Both the position numbers and the translations under genes were made by a program. Below are positions 9,596 to 19,777 of a stretch of DNA of 64,000 nt, piece after piece (position 1 is the stretch's first letter; each line of letters opens with the position of its first letter). The stretch is taken from contig OY762463.1 of the NCBI GenBank assembly GCA_963665815.1, forward strand, positions 3,168,001-3,232,000. Direction: 5' to 3'. The stretch is from Candidatus Cloacimonadales bacterium (GTDB taxonomy: Bacteria; Cloacimonadota; Cloacimonadia; Cloacimonadales; JAIOQZ01). Below the pieces are notes generated by a model. The model did not search any database. It was not told the DNA's origin and was given only the letters and a program-made list of their open reading frames with translations.

Positions 9596-10239
9596 TTAAA
9601 GTAGCACCATCATTGTTGTCATGTGATTTTATGCACATGCATGATGAGATAAAAAAAATAGAAGATGCAGGAGCGGATATTCTGCATCTTGATGTTATGG
9701 ATGGACATTTTGTGCCAAATCTTACGTTTGGCTTACCCGTTATTGAAAAAATCAGGAAATCTTCTGATATTCCTCTTGATGTTCATCTTATGATAACAAA
9801 TCCGGATGTTTATGCTGACCGTTATTGCGACCTTGGTATTGATTATCTGTCATTTCATCTCGAAACAGTGTTTCACTCACACAGATTGATTAAGCAGATA
9901 AAAGACAAGGGAGTGAAAGCCGGTGTTGTACTTAATCCGGGAACACCTGTGCAATCCATTGAAGCTGTTGCAGGTGATATGGATTTTATTCTTTTGATGA
10001 GTGTTAATCCTGGTTTTGGAGGACAATCATTTTTACCGATTGTCTATGATAAACTCAATTGGCTTATGAAGCTTAAAGAAGAAAAAAATCTGGATTTTGA
10101 AATTGAAATTGATGGTGGAATAACAAATGCAAATTGTAAGGAACTCACAGAGTGTGGTGCTGATATTCTGGTTGCAGGTTCTTATGTATTTAGCGGTGAA
10201 GATTATAGTCAAAGAATACGGAGTTTGAAGAATGTTTAA
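9592..10239 (+). CDS. rpe: Ribulose-phosphate 3-epimerase
   Basis: HLDVMDGHFVPN, DVHLM, MSVNPGFGGQ, IDGG. Confidence 0.97.
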   Translation: MIKVAPSLLSCDFMHMHDEIKKIEDAGADILHLDVMDGHFVPNLTFGLPVIEKIRKSSDIPLDVHLMITNPDVYADRYCDLGIDYLSFHLETVFHSHRLIKQIKDKGVKAGVVLNPGTPVQSIEAVAGDMDFILLMSVNPGFGGQSFLPIVYDKLNWLMKLKEEKNLDFEIEIDGGITNANCKELTECGADILVAGSYVFSGEDYSQRIRSLKNV

Positions 10240-11554
10240 TGATTTAACTGATCGGTTGGATGGGATATTTAAAAAACTTAAAGGTCATGGAAAACTTACT
10301 GAAAAGAACATAAAAGAATCACTCAGAGAAGTCAGAAGAGCTTTGCTTGAAGCTGATGTGAACTTCAAGATTGTTAAGAAATTTGTTGCTTCTGTACAGG
10401 AAAGAGCTGTAGGGCAGGATGTTCTGAAAAGTCTGGCTCCAGGTCAACAGGTAGTTAAGATTGTTCATGAAGAACTGATTAAGTTAATGGGTGAGAAACC
10501 TGAAAAACTAATTCTACATACTAACAGACTGAATAAAATCATGCTGGTTGGTCTTCAGGGATCAGGAAAAACAACAGCCTGCTCCAAATTAGCAAGCTAT
10601 TTCAGGAAAAAGGGTAATAAACCTGTTCTGACTGCTTGTGATATTTACAGACCTGCTGCGATTAAACAGCTTCAGGTGCTTGGTAAGCAGCTTGATGTTC
10701 CGGTAATTTCAGAAGATACAAAAGATGTTGTAAAAATTGCAAAAAAGGCAGTAGATTACGCTGACGAACACTTGCACAATCTGATAATTTTCGATACGGC
10801 TGGACGACTGCATATTGACGAAAGAATGATGATTGAGCTGCAGGAACTGAAAAGTTTTCTGAAACCTGATTATATATTCTTTGTTGCAGATGCAATGACA
10901 GGGCAGGATGCTGTGACTGTCGCAAGAGAGTTTAATGATAAACTTGCATTCGATGGTGTAATTCTTACAAAACTTGATGGTGATGCTCGTGGTGGTGCGG
11001 CGTTGTCAATTAAAGCCGTAACTGATAAATCGGTTGTATTTGTCGGTACCGGTGAGAAACCAAGTGATCTGGAAGAGTTCTATCCGGACAGGATGGCCTC
11101 AAGAATTCTTGGAATGGGAGATGTTCTCAGCTTGATTGAAAAAGCTGAATCTGCAGTCGATGAAGAAAAAGCCTTGAAAATGGCAAAGAGACTTAAGAAG
11201 AATCAGTTTACATTTAATGACTACCTTGATCAGCTTGATCAGGTTCGAAAAATGGGTCCGTTGGATCAGGTACTGAAAATGCTTCCCGGAATGAACAGCA
11301 AAATGCTGAAGAATGTGAAAGTTGATGATAATGAATTAAGGCATACAGAAGCTATAATTTATTCGATGACACCGAAAGAGCGTGAGATACCATCAATAAT
11401 CAGTGGAAGCAGAAGAAAAAGAATTGCAATAGGAAGTGGAACATCTGTCCAAAAGGTGAATCAGCTTCTTAAGCAATACGAACAGATGAAGAAGATGATC
11501 AAGGCATTTAACAATCCGAAATTCGGACGTGGTAAGATGCGAATGCCATTTTAG
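10232..11554 (+). CDS. ffh: Signal recognition particle protein
   Basis: GLQGSGKTT, DTAGR, TKLDGDARGG, RILGMGD, Met-rich M domain. Confidence 0.98.
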   Translation: MFNDLTDRLDGIFKKLKGHGKLTEKNIKESLREVRRALLEADVNFKIVKKFVASVQERAVGQDVLKSLAPGQQVVKIVHEELIKLMGEKPEKLILHTNRLNKIMLVGLQGSGKTTACSKLASYFRKKGNKPVLTACDIYRPAAIKQLQVLGKQLDVPVISEDTKDVVKIAKKAVDYADEHLHNLIIFDTAGRLHIDERMMIELQELKSFLKPDYIFFVADAMTGQDAVTVAREFNDKLAFDGVILTKLDGDARGGAALSIKAVTDKSVVFVGTGEKPSDLEEFYPDRMASRILGMGDVLSLIEKAESAVDEEKALKMAKRLKKNQFTFNDYLDQLDQVRKMGPLDQVLKMLPGMNSKMLKNVKVDDNELRHTEAIIYSMTPKEREIPSIISGSRRKRIAIGSGTSVQKVNQLLKQYEQMKKMIKAFNNPKFGRGKMRMPF

Positions 11555-11635
11555 TTAAAAAATGTTCTTGACGATAAATGGGAATGAAAAAAAATAAAAT
11601 TTTATAAATCTAAGTATTAAGTTAAAGAGGAAAAA

Positions 11636-11941
11636 ATGGTTAAATTAAGACTAAGACGGATGGGAGCAAAGGATAAGCCATTCTATAGAATAGTGGCGGT
11701 TGATTCTAGACTGAAGCGAGACGGAAAATATATTGAGAGTGTTGGATACTATGATCCTAAAACGGATCCTTTAACTTTAAAGATTGATAGTGACAAGGCT
11801 ATAAAATGGTTAGAAGTCGGAGCTCAGCCAACAGATACTGTACGTTCATTATTAAGACGTGCCGGAGTACTGGAAAAACTTCATAACATGCGTAAAGCGA
11901 AAAACGATAAAGAAACTGAAGCTGTCGAAAATAATAATTAG
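11636..11941 (+). CDS. rpsP: 30S ribosomal protein S16
   Basis: [32 protein letters not shown]. Confidence 0.98.
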   Translation: MVKLRLRRMGAKDKPFYRIVAVDSRLKRDGKYIESVGYYDPKTDPLTLKIDSDKAIKWLEVGAQPTDTVRSLLRRAGVLEKLHNMRKAKNDKETEAVENNN

Positions 11942-11951
11942 GAGAATGAGA

Positions 11952-12182
11952 ATGAAAGAACTTATTGAATTCATCGTGAAAGCTCTTGTTGATGATCCTG
12001 GTGAAGTTAACATTACAGAAATTGCTGGCGACAAAATTACTCTTTATGAATTAAGAGTAGCTAAAGGTGATATTGGTAAAGTTATTGGTAAAAGAGGAAG
12101 AACTGCTGGTGCAATTCGCACTATCCTGAACGCTGTATCTACAAAACAGGGTAAACGTGCTGAACTTGAAATTATCGAGTAG
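11952..12182 (+). CDS. khpA: KH-domain RNA-binding protein KhpA
   Basis: [31 protein letters not shown] 7 nt upstream of ATG 11952. Confidence 0.93.
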   Translation: MKELIEFIVKALVDDPGEVNITEIAGDKITLYELRVAKGDIGKVIGKRGRTAGAIRTILNAVSTKQGKRAELEIIE

Positions 12183-12213
12183 TTGCTGATTCTTTTCTGC
12201 GTTTTCATTCAAA

Positions 12214-12726
12214 ATGCAAATTAAAGATCTTATTAGAATAGGCAGGTTGGGAAGCTATGCGGATAAAGACGGATTATTTCGTCTGATCTCAGAAGATGGT
12301 TTTCAACCTGACTATTGGGATTTAAAAGATATATTTTTGGTCTTTCCAGATAATAGAGTGTATTACGTAACTGTGAACAACTGGATACGTAAAAACGGGA
12401 AATTATTCCTCGACTTTGTTGAAAAGGAGATTCCCGATTTTGTGGAAGACAGTAAGAAAACTGATGTAATGGTTGATCCTCAGACTTTTCATCTGGCAAC
12501 GGGTGAAGAAACTGAAAAACTCTTTTATGGTGCTGAAGTTGTTTTTAATGATGCAGTAATAGGCATTGTTGATGATTCATTCAATAATAGCCAATATGAG
12601 ATTTTTCAGATAATTTTAAAGGATAACGGGAAGGAAGTTATGATTCCTGATGTTGATCAGTTTGTTGTCTCCAAAACAGATTCAGTTGTTGTAGTTCAGA
12701 ATGTGGAAGATTTGCTGGAATTATGA
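12214..12726 (+). CDS. rimM: Ribosome maturation factor RimM (divergent)
   Basis: Position between khpA and trmD; IG N-terminal motif and KEVMIPDVDQFV PRC-barrel-like end. Confidence 0.8.
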   Translation: MQIKDLIRIGRLGSYADKDGLFRLISEDGFQPDYWDLKDIFLVFPDNRVYYVTVNNWIRKNGKLFLDFVEKEIPDFVEDSKKTDVMVDPQTFHLATGEETEKLFYGAEVVFNDAVIGIVDDSFNNSQYEIFQIILKDNGKEVMIPDVDQFVVSKTDSVVVVQNVEDLLEL

Positions 12727-13397
12727 TATTTGATGTATTAACGCTTTTCCCCGGAATGTTTACTTCTTTTCTTAAAGAAAGTATAGTGGGAAACGCTGTT
12801 GAATCTGAGGCAATTGAAGTCTATCTGACTGATATTCGAGATTTCTCAGGAAATAAACACAGAAAGGTTGATGACTATCCTTTTGGTGGCGGTGCCGGTA
12901 TGGTTATGAAACCGGAGCCCATTTACGGAGCTTTACAAAATCTTGAAGCTGACAGGGAAACACCTGTGATTTACTTCACACCTCAAGGTAGATTGCTGAA
13001 TCAGCAAATCATTAACGAATATTCCACAAAAGAAAGAATTGTGATAATCTGTGGTCATTATAAAGATATTGACCAAAGAATAAGAGATAATTGTGTTACA
13101 GATGAGATTTCCATAGGGGATTACGTGATTTCAGGCGGTGAACTTCCTGCAATGATTTTTATTGATGCTATTGCAAGACTTCAGGAAGGCGTGTTGAATG
13201 ACATTGATTCTGCTAAAGGAGATTCTCACTGGAACGGACTTCTCGGTACACCTCAGTATACCAGACCGCTTGAATTCAACGGTTGGAAAGTACCTGATGT
13301 TCTGCTTTCGGGGCATCATAAAAATATTGAGAAGTGGAGAAGTGAAAAATCTCTTGAATTAACCAGAAAAATAAGACCGGATTTACTAAATGAATAA
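12723..13397 (+). CDS. trmD: tRNA (guanine37-N1)-methyltransferase
   Basis: VDDYPFGGGAGMVM, SIGDYVISGGE, QYTRP, LLSGHH. Confidence 0.97.
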   Translation: MIFDVLTLFPGMFTSFLKESIVGNAVESEAIEVYLTDIRDFSGNKHRKVDDYPFGGGAGMVMKPEPIYGALQNLEADRETPVIYFTPQGRLLNQQIINEYSTKERIVIICGHYKDIDQRIRDNCVTDEISIGDYVISGGELPAMIFIDAIARLQEGVLNDIDSAKGDSHWNGLLGTPQYTRPLEFNGWKVPDVLLSGHHKNIEKWRSEKSLELTRKIRPDLLNE

Positions 13398-13944
13398 ATT
13401 ATATGTCGGACTCGTACACTATCCTGTAGTTAATAAATTCGGTGATGTAGTTACTACATCTATAACAAACTTGGATATTCACGATATTGCACGATCCTGT
13501 ATGACTTTTGGAGTGAAAAAACTCTTTATAATAAACAGGCTTGAGTCTCAAAAAGAGCTTTTTACGAGAATTAAAAAGTTCTGGGATTCTGATATTGCCA
13601 GAAAATACAATCAGGACAGGGTTACTGCATTTTCTGTGCTGAACTACGAATTTACAATAGATGATGCCGTGAAAACGATAATTACTCAGGAAGGAGTTGA
13701 TCCCGTAATCGTTACTACAACTGCTGCTCGAAGAGAAGATCAGATCTCTATCAAACAACTTAATGATCTGGTCGAAAATAAACCAATTTTATTATTGTTC
13801 GGAACCGCTAATGGATTAACCGAAGATTCACATAATAATGCTGATTATATTTTACTCCCGATAGATGGTGCTTCTAAATATAACCATTTGTCTGTGAGGA
13901 GTGCGGCGGCAATTGTATTGGATAGGATTTCTTCCGAAAAATAA
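13390..13944 (+). CDS. SPOUT-type RNA methyltransferase (trmD-associated family)
   Basis: [32 protein letters not shown]. Confidence 0.85.
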   Translation: MNKLYVGLVHYPVVNKFGDVVTTSITNLDIHDIARSCMTFGVKKLFIINRLESQKELFTRIKKFWDSDIARKYNQDRVTAFSVLNYEFTIDDAVKTIITQEGVDPVIVTTTAARREDQISIKQLNDLVENKPILLLFGTANGLTEDSHNNADYILLPIDGASKYNHLSVRSAAAIVLDRISSEK

Positions 13945-13955
13945 AGGAGGAACTG

Positions 13956-14303
13956 ATGGATATTGTTCAAGTAATTGGTAAAAACCAAATGCGTAAAGAC
14001 TTACCTGAATTCAGAGTCGGTGACACTGCTAAGGTTCACTACAAAATTAAAGAAGGTGCTAAGCAGAGAATTCAAGTATTTCAAGGTATTGTTATACAAA
14101 GAAGAGGTGCAGGAATCTCCAAAACCTTTACTGTAAGAAAAATCAGTAATGGTATTGCAGTTGAAAGAATTTTCCCGCTCCACTCACCAAACATTGATAA
14201 AATTGAAGTAGTTCGTTATGGACACGTACGTCGTGCAAAACTTTTCTATCTCAGAAGAGTAAAAGGAAAAGCTGCACGTGTAAAAGAAAAGAAACGTTAT
14301 TAA
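13956..14303 (+). CDS. rplS: 50S ribosomal protein L19
   Basis: [33 protein letters not shown]. Confidence 0.98.
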   Translation: MDIVQVIGKNQMRKDLPEFRVGDTAKVHYKIKEGAKQRIQVFQGIVIQRRGAGISKTFTVRKISNGIAVERIFPLHSPNIDKIEVVRYGHVRRAKLFYLRRVKGKAARVKEKKRY

Positions 14304-14310
14304 TTATAGA

Positions 14311-14340
14311 AAGGGAGTATATTTTATACTCCCTTTTTTT
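14311..14340 (+). terminator. Rho-independent terminator after rplS
   Basis: AAGGGAGTATA-ttt-TATACTCCCTT plus T-tract. Confidence 0.85.
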
Positions 14341-14475
14341 CTCATTAAAAAGCTCTGAACTATTGCAGGAACAATCACATTAACGCGCATTTTCAGCAAA
14401 TTTTAAGAGAATGTTATTGCGATCATGCAAAGATATTGATCAAGATGAAGGTAGGTTCAAAAACTGGAGGTACAA

Positions 14476-15834
14476 ATGGAAAAAAAATTGGCAGAATTCA
14501 GATCTCTTATGGAGAAGGAAAATCTCCATCAAATAGTTATTGATACATTCTCGGAGTACTACAAAGCTCTTGTTGGAGGGGAAACAGGAAAACTGAGCAA
14601 ATCAGTGATAAAGGCACCTTCCGAAGGAAATGTTACTGAATATGATTTTCTGTCTAAGGGAAATCCGGGTGATCTGGAAAAGCTTGCAGTTGTAAAGCTG
14701 AACGGAGGACTGGGAACAAGTATGGGATTGAAGAAAGCCAAATCTCTGCTTCCAGTGAAGGGAGAGCTGAATTTTCTTGATATAATTGCTAACCAGATTC
14801 TTGTTCAACGAAAGAAATACAACAAAAAAATACCATTGTTATTCATGAACAGCTTTAACACCAGTGAAGATACTCTGAACTATATCAGTAAGTATTCCGA
14901 ACTGAAAGTTGATGACTGTCCTCTTGATTTTGTGCAGAATAAATTCCCTAAAATCAAAGCTGACAATTACGATGTGTTTGAAGACGAAATAAATGGATGG
15001 AATCCTCCGGGACATGGGGATATTTACATGTCTTTTGCCTTAACGGGAATTATTGATAAGCTTCTGGAACAAGGATATGAGTATGCATTTGTTTCAAACT
15101 CAGATAACCTTGGTGCTGTGATAGATGTCAGTATTCTTTCTTATATGAAGGAAAACGGAGTTCCCTTCCTTATGGAAGTTTGTAAAAGAACGGAAATGGA
15201 CAAAAAAGGCGGTCACCTCGCAGAGGATAAAGAAGGTAAGCTGATTCTTCGAGAAGTTGCACAATGCCCTGAAGATGAGACTGAAGAGTTTCAGGATATC
15301 AAACTCTACAGATACTTTAATACAAACAATATTTGGATTGATCTGAAAGCTCTGAAGGCAAAATTCATCGAAACAAATAATGTTATGCTGCTGCCATTGA
15401 TTGTTAATCCAAAAAAAGTAGGGGAGACAGACGTAATACAGCTTGAAACAGCTATGGGGGCTGCAATAAATCTTTTTAGAGGAGCACAGGCTCTGGTTGT
15501 ACCAAGAACAAGGTTCGCTCCGGTTAAAAAGACAAATGACCTGCTAACTGTCTGGTCAGATTTTTATGCTCTCACAGAAGACTATACATTTATACCGTTT
15601 TCAGGAAAAGCACCTATTGTAAATCTGGATTCCAGATACTACAAGACCGTTGAGCAACTTGAAGAGCACTTTCCGTCAAAAACTGTATCTCTAAAGGATT
15701 GCACCAGGCTGCATGTCAACGGTGAAGTAAGCTTTGCTAATCCTGTAGTATTTACCGGCAATGTAGATATAAAAGCACTCGGTAAAGTTATCGTTCATGA
15801 TGAGGAAATGACTGACGGTAAATACGAGTTGTAA
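14476..15834 (+). CDS. UTP--glucose-1-phosphate uridylyltransferase, eukaryotic UGP1/UgpA type
   Basis: KLNGGLGTSMG, FMNSFNT, WNPPGHGD, SNSDNLGA, KGGH, FNTNN, QLETAMGAA, RFAPVK. Confidence 0.92.
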   Translation: MEKKLAEFRSLMEKENLHQIVIDTFSEYYKALVGGETGKLSKSVIKAPSEGNVTEYDFLSKGNPGDLEKLAVVKLNGGLGTSMGLKKAKSLLPVKGELNFLDIIANQILVQRKKYNKKIPLLFMNSFNTSEDTLNYISKYSELKVDDCPLDFVQNKFPKIKADNYDVFEDEINGWNPPGHGDIYMSFALTGIIDKLLEQGYEYAFVSNSDNLGAVIDVSILSYMKENGVPFLMEVCKRTEMDKKGGHLAEDKEGKLILREVAQCPEDETEEFQDIKLYRYFNTNNIWIDLKALKAKFIETNNVMLLPLIVNPKKVGETDVIQLETAMGAAINLFRGAQALVVPRTRFAPVKKTNDLLTVWSDFYALTEDYTFIPFSGKAPIVNLDSRYYKTVEQLEEHFPSKTVSLKDCTRLHVNGEVSFANPVVFTGNVDIKALGKVIVHDEEMTDGKYEL

Positions 15835-15851
15835 TAATTTTTTTTCATGGA

Positions 15852-15886
15852 AGCCTGTCTCGTGTGAGATGGGCTATTCTTTTTTT
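15852..15886 (+). terminator. Rho-independent terminator after the UGPase gene
   Basis: AGCCTGTCTC-gtgt-GAGATGGGCT plus T-rich tail. Confidence 0.75.
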
Positions 15887-15932
15887 AAGGGCACGTCCGT
15901 TTGGGTAACCTATCGCTCAGAGTTAGCTGTAC

Positions 15933-16133
15933 GCAGGCATTGCTGCCTGTAGAGACATTGCATGCAACGTCTACTTTGTACACAAACACCCGTTTGTCTC
16001 AATGTATTTGACAGAACAACACAGGCCCATGCCTGTATGTAAATTCCGTAAGGAATTTGTAGAACGACTTTGTAAGTCGTTTAAGGACTATTGACATAGT
16101 CAACGTACTCCTAAAGTGGCGGATAGAGTGTGC
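15933..16133. repeat. Hairpin-rich intergenic repeat with GTAG-type REP palindromes (copy A; homologous to 28502-28611)
   Basis: GTAGAGACATTGCATGCAACGTCTAC, GTAGAACGACTT-tgt-AAGTCGTT and other hairpins; 71/87 nt identical to 28524-28610 outside a 33-nt insert. Confidence 0.7.
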
Positions 16134-16275
16134 TGAGACATAATCTCCCTAAGAACAAAGAAGTTACATTTCCTGAACTCGTTACGATATAGAGCTCTTC
16201 AAAATTAATAAACTCACAATATCTTGTGGCTAATTGTGGAAATCCCGGTCTTTCCGAGATTACTTCCCAATCTTG

Positions 16276-16503
16276 CTACTCATAATTAATACGTTTTCTC
16301 TTTAAAATGAGATTTACAAGCAATATAGCAATAAATATATAAAAAAGCTTTGGCATATCGGAAAGAAGCAAGTAGTCAGCAAATGCCAGAGAAACAGGCA
16401 ACAACACATAAGGGAACGCCTTTTTACCTCGTTTCAATATACATAAAACAACAGCCAGTACACTAAAGACGACTAATACAATCAGGGACAAATTATGGGT
16501 CAT
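16276..16503 (-). CDS. Small hypothetical membrane protein (about 3 TM)
   Basis: GGAGG SD upstream on the minus strand, TTGACA further upstream, hydrophobic sequence. Confidence 0.65.
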   Translation of the reverse strand: MTHNLSLIVLVVFSVLAVVLCILKRGKKAFPYVLLPVSLAFADYLLLSDMPKLFYIFIAILLVNLILKRKRINYE

Positions 16504-16720
16504 AATACCTCCATTTTGAAATTGCTTGTATGACGAATGGTGTCAACAAAATTTTGCTGAACAGCTTTTAAGATAAACATTTTGGTACTACTCAGTTCAG
16601 AGTGTAACTGAAACTATATAACCAATTGTGAAACCGTGTCTAAAAAGTCAGGGAAAACCTTGACGATTTAAAGGAGAAGGAAATTTGTTAAAGAGAGAAG
16701 AAAATTTCCGGAGGAAAAAA

Positions 16721-17941
16721 ATGGAAAAACCTGAATGTACAGAAAGCACAAAGATACTCGTTATTAATTGTGGATCATCTTCACTGAAGTATGAGATCAT
16801 TGACATGCCGTCAAATGACAGTCTTGGAAAGGGTTTGATTGAGCGTATCGGAGCTCCGATTGGGCACATCAGTCAAAGAACCAATAAGAATGTCATCAAT
16901 CTGGATACGGAGATTAAAGATCATGATGCTGCCGTGAAGTTGATGGTAAAAACAATCACAGATCCTCAGAAAGGTATCCTGAAAGATATTAATGAGATAA
17001 ATGGTGTCGGGCACAGAGTTGTACATGGTGGTGAGAGATATTCTTCATCCGTCAGAATTACTGATGATGTAATTGATGCAATAGAAGAAAACGTTGAACT
17101 TGCCCCTCTGCATAATCCTGCAAATCTTACAGGTATCAGAAATGCGATGAGTCTTCTTGCTGATATTCCTCATGTTGCGGTTTTTGATACAGCATTTCAT
17201 CAGACAATGCCACCTTCGGCATATCTGTATGGACTTCCAAGAGAAATGTATGATAAATACAAAATCCGTCGATATGGTTTTCATGGAACCAGTCATAGAT
17301 ACGTAGCAAACAGAGCACTTGAGCTCATGAAAAGATCAAAGGACAACACAAACGTAATCTGCTGTCACCTTGGAAACGGTGCTTCAATTACAGCTATAGA
17401 AAAAGGTATGTCCGTAGATACATCCATGGGATTCACTCCTCTTGAAGGTCTTATAATGGGAACTCGATGTGGTGATATTGATCCGTCAATAGTCTTTTAT
17501 CTTCTTGAAAGAGGATACACAAACGATGACTTATATAAACTGTTTAATAAAAAAAGCGGCCTTCTTGGAATTTCAGGAATCTCCAACGATCTGAGAGACT
17601 TGGAGGCAGAAGCAGAAACAGGAAATGAGCATGCAATTGAAGCTTTGGATGCCTATGCTTACAGAATCAGAAAATATATTGGTGCTTATGCTGCTAATCT
17701 TGTAAAAGTTGATGCTTTGATATTTACTGGCGGGATTGGTCAGAATGGTGTTCAGATGCGTAAAAGAATCTGTAATCGTCTGGAAAATCTGGGTATTGTA
17801 ATAGATTATAACAAAAACGTTGCAAACGGATCAAATGAAGGAGAGATTTCAAAGGATTACTCCAGAATTACAATCCTTGTGATTCCTACAAATGAGGAAC
17901 TGCAGATTGCAACAGATACATACGAGATTATTTGTAAATAA
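16721..17941 (+). CDS. ackA: Acetate kinase
   Basis: ILVINCGSSSLKY, GHRVVHGG, APLHNP, YGFHGTSH, CHLGNGAS, IPTNEE; start at ATG after GGAGG. Confidence 0.96.
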   Translation: MEKPECTESTKILVINCGSSSLKYEIIDMPSNDSLGKGLIERIGAPIGHISQRTNKNVINLDTEIKDHDAAVKLMVKTITDPQKGILKDINEINGVGHRVVHGGERYSSSVRITDDVIDAIEENVELAPLHNPANLTGIRNAMSLLADIPHVAVFDTAFHQTMPPSAYLYGLPREMYDKYKIRRYGFHGTSHRYVANRALELMKRSKDNTNVICCHLGNGASITAIEKGMSVDTSMGFTPLEGLIMGTRCGDIDPSIVFYLLERGYTNDDLYKLFNKKSGLLGISGISNDLRDLEAEAETGNEHAIEALDAYAYRIRKYIGAYAANLVKVDALIFTGGIGQNGVQMRKRICNRLENLGIVIDYNKNVANGSNEGEISKDYSRITILVIPTNEELQIATDTYEIICK

Positions 17942-17975
17942 AATAAATACCTGATAAGAAAAATAGTTTTTCAAT

Positions 17976-18008
17976 GAGTCTGCTGGCAGTGTCAACAGAC
18001 TCTGTTTT
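17976..18008 (+). terminator. Probable terminator after ackA
   Basis: GAGTCTG..CAGACTC stem followed by TGTTTT. Confidence 0.55.
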
Positions 18009-18035
18009 GATGGTATAACACGAAAAGAGAAAACA

Positions 18036-19751
18036 ATGTTGAAAAGATTTCTGAAATACTATAAGCCACACATGAATTTGTTTATTCTGGATTTAACAGT
18101 TGCCGCTTTATCATCTGTTTTATCAATATTTATTCCTATACTTTCCCGAAAGGTTTTAAAAGTATATGTACCTGAACAGCTCATGAAACCTTTGTTTATT
18201 ACTCTGGGAATAATGGTCGCAATTATACTTGTTAAAATGATTTTGCAATATGTACGTATGTATTGGGGACATATCCTTGGAGTTAGAATGGAGTACGATA
18301 TGCGTTCAGATATATTTACACACATCCAGAAGCTTTCTTTCACATATTTTGATAATGTCAAAACCGGTCATATTATGTCCAGAATATCCAATGATCTTAA
18401 TACGATTGCAGAAGTTGCCCATCATGCCCCTGAAGATATTATCATTTCCGGTCTAACAGTTATCGGTGCTTACGCTGTAATGATTTCCTTTAATGTGAAA
18501 CTTGGGCTTATTGCTATTGTTCCTCTTCCATTAATGCTTTTCTGGGGATTGACCTATGGACTCAAAATGCGGGAAGGTTTCCGGAATGTAAGAAAAAGAA
18601 TTGCTGATATCAACAGTAATGTAGAGAACTCGGTTCAGGGAATCAGGGAAGTCAAATCATATACAAATGAAAACCTTGAAATAGAGAAATTCAATGATGT
18701 GAATACTTCTTTCAAAGTTGCCAAAGAAAAGATGTACAAGATCATGGCAACTTTCTTTTCCGGCATGTTTTTTCTTACAGATATGTTCTATGTCTGGGTA
18801 ATTGGTTCAGGAAGCTGGCTTATATATAAAGGTGAAATAGATATTGCTGATTTACTGGCATTTACTTTATATGTCAGTTTCATTATGAAACCTGTTCAAC
18901 GGGTTGTAAATTTTGTTGAACAGTTTCAACAGGGAGCAGCTTCTTTTGAAAGATTTGTAGAAATTATGGATATTGAACCGGATATCAAAGATAAAAAGAA
19001 TGCTGTAAGTATCAAAAATGTTAAGGGTGAAATAGATATTGAAAACATCTGGTTTAAGTATAATTCTTCACCTGACTGGATACTGAGAGATGTCTCCATG
19101 AAGATAGAAGCCGGGAAAACAATTGCTCTGGTTGGTGAATCCGGTGCAGGTAAATCTACACTTGTTTCTCTTATTCCGAGATTTTACGAAATTGCAAAAG
19201 GTAAGATAAAAGTGGACAGCACAGATATTCTTGATCTGAAACACAAAATTCTGAGAGAGAGTATAGGTATTGTTCAGCAGAACGTATTTCTGTTTGATAC
19301 TACTATCAGAGACAATATCTCTTATGGTAATCCATATGCAACAGAAGAACAGATTATAGAAGCTTCTCAGAAAGCTAATATATACAAGTTCATCATGTCA
19401 CTACCCGAAGGCTTTGATACTCAGGTTGGTGAAAGAGGGATAAAACTTTCCGGTGGACAGAAACAAAGAATATCCATTGCCCGAGTATTTCTCAAAAATC
19501 CGTCAATCCTGATTTTTGATGAAGCTACATCTTCTCTTGATTCTGAATCTGAAGCATACATCCAGTCAGCCATGGAAGAACTCAGTATAAACAGGACAAC
19601 CATTATTATTGCACACAGGCTTTCTACCGTGAAGAATGCAGACTATATATTCGTAATGGAACAGGGTCAGGTTGCTGAGCAGGGAACCCATGATGAGTTG
19701 ATTCAGACAGAAAAAATTTACTATAATCTATATACGAAAAATATGTTCTGA
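18036..19751 (+). CDS. ABC exporter, fused permease/ATPase (MsbA/MdlB-like)
   Basis: TM domain plus GESGAGKST, LSGGQKQR, DEATSSLD, IAHRLST. Confidence 0.93.
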   Translation: MLKRFLKYYKPHMNLFILDLTVAALSSVLSIFIPILSRKVLKVYVPEQLMKPLFITLGIMVAIILVKMILQYVRMYWGHILGVRMEYDMRSDIFTHIQKLSFTYFDNVKTGHIMSRISNDLNTIAEVAHHAPEDIIISGLTVIGAYAVMISFNVKLGLIAIVPLPLMLFWGLTYGLKMREGFRNVRKRIADINSNVENSVQGIREVKSYTNENLEIEKFNDVNTSFKVAKEKMYKIMATFFSGMFFLTDMFYVWVIGSGSWLIYKGEIDIADLLAFTLYVSFIMKPVQRVVNFVEQFQQGAASFERFVEIMDIEPDIKDKKNAVSIKNVKGEIDIENIWFKYNSSPDWILRDVSMKIEAGKTIALVGESGAGKSTLVSLIPRFYEIAKGKIKVDSTDILDLKHKILRESIGIVQQNVFLFDTTIRDNISYGNPYATEEQIIEASQKANIYKFIMSLPEGFDTQVGERGIKLSGGQKQRISIARVFLKNPSILIFDEATSSLDSESEAYIQSAMEELSINRTTIIIAHRLSTVKNADYIFVMEQGQVAEQGTHDELIQTEKIYYNLYTKNMF

Positions 19752-19777
19752 TTTCTATACACAGGAGAAAAATCTTT

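Noticed and set aside
15890-16270. Integron attC sites
   Set aside because: No properly paired RYYYAAC/GTTRRRY boxes found by eye, and no integrase or cassette array.
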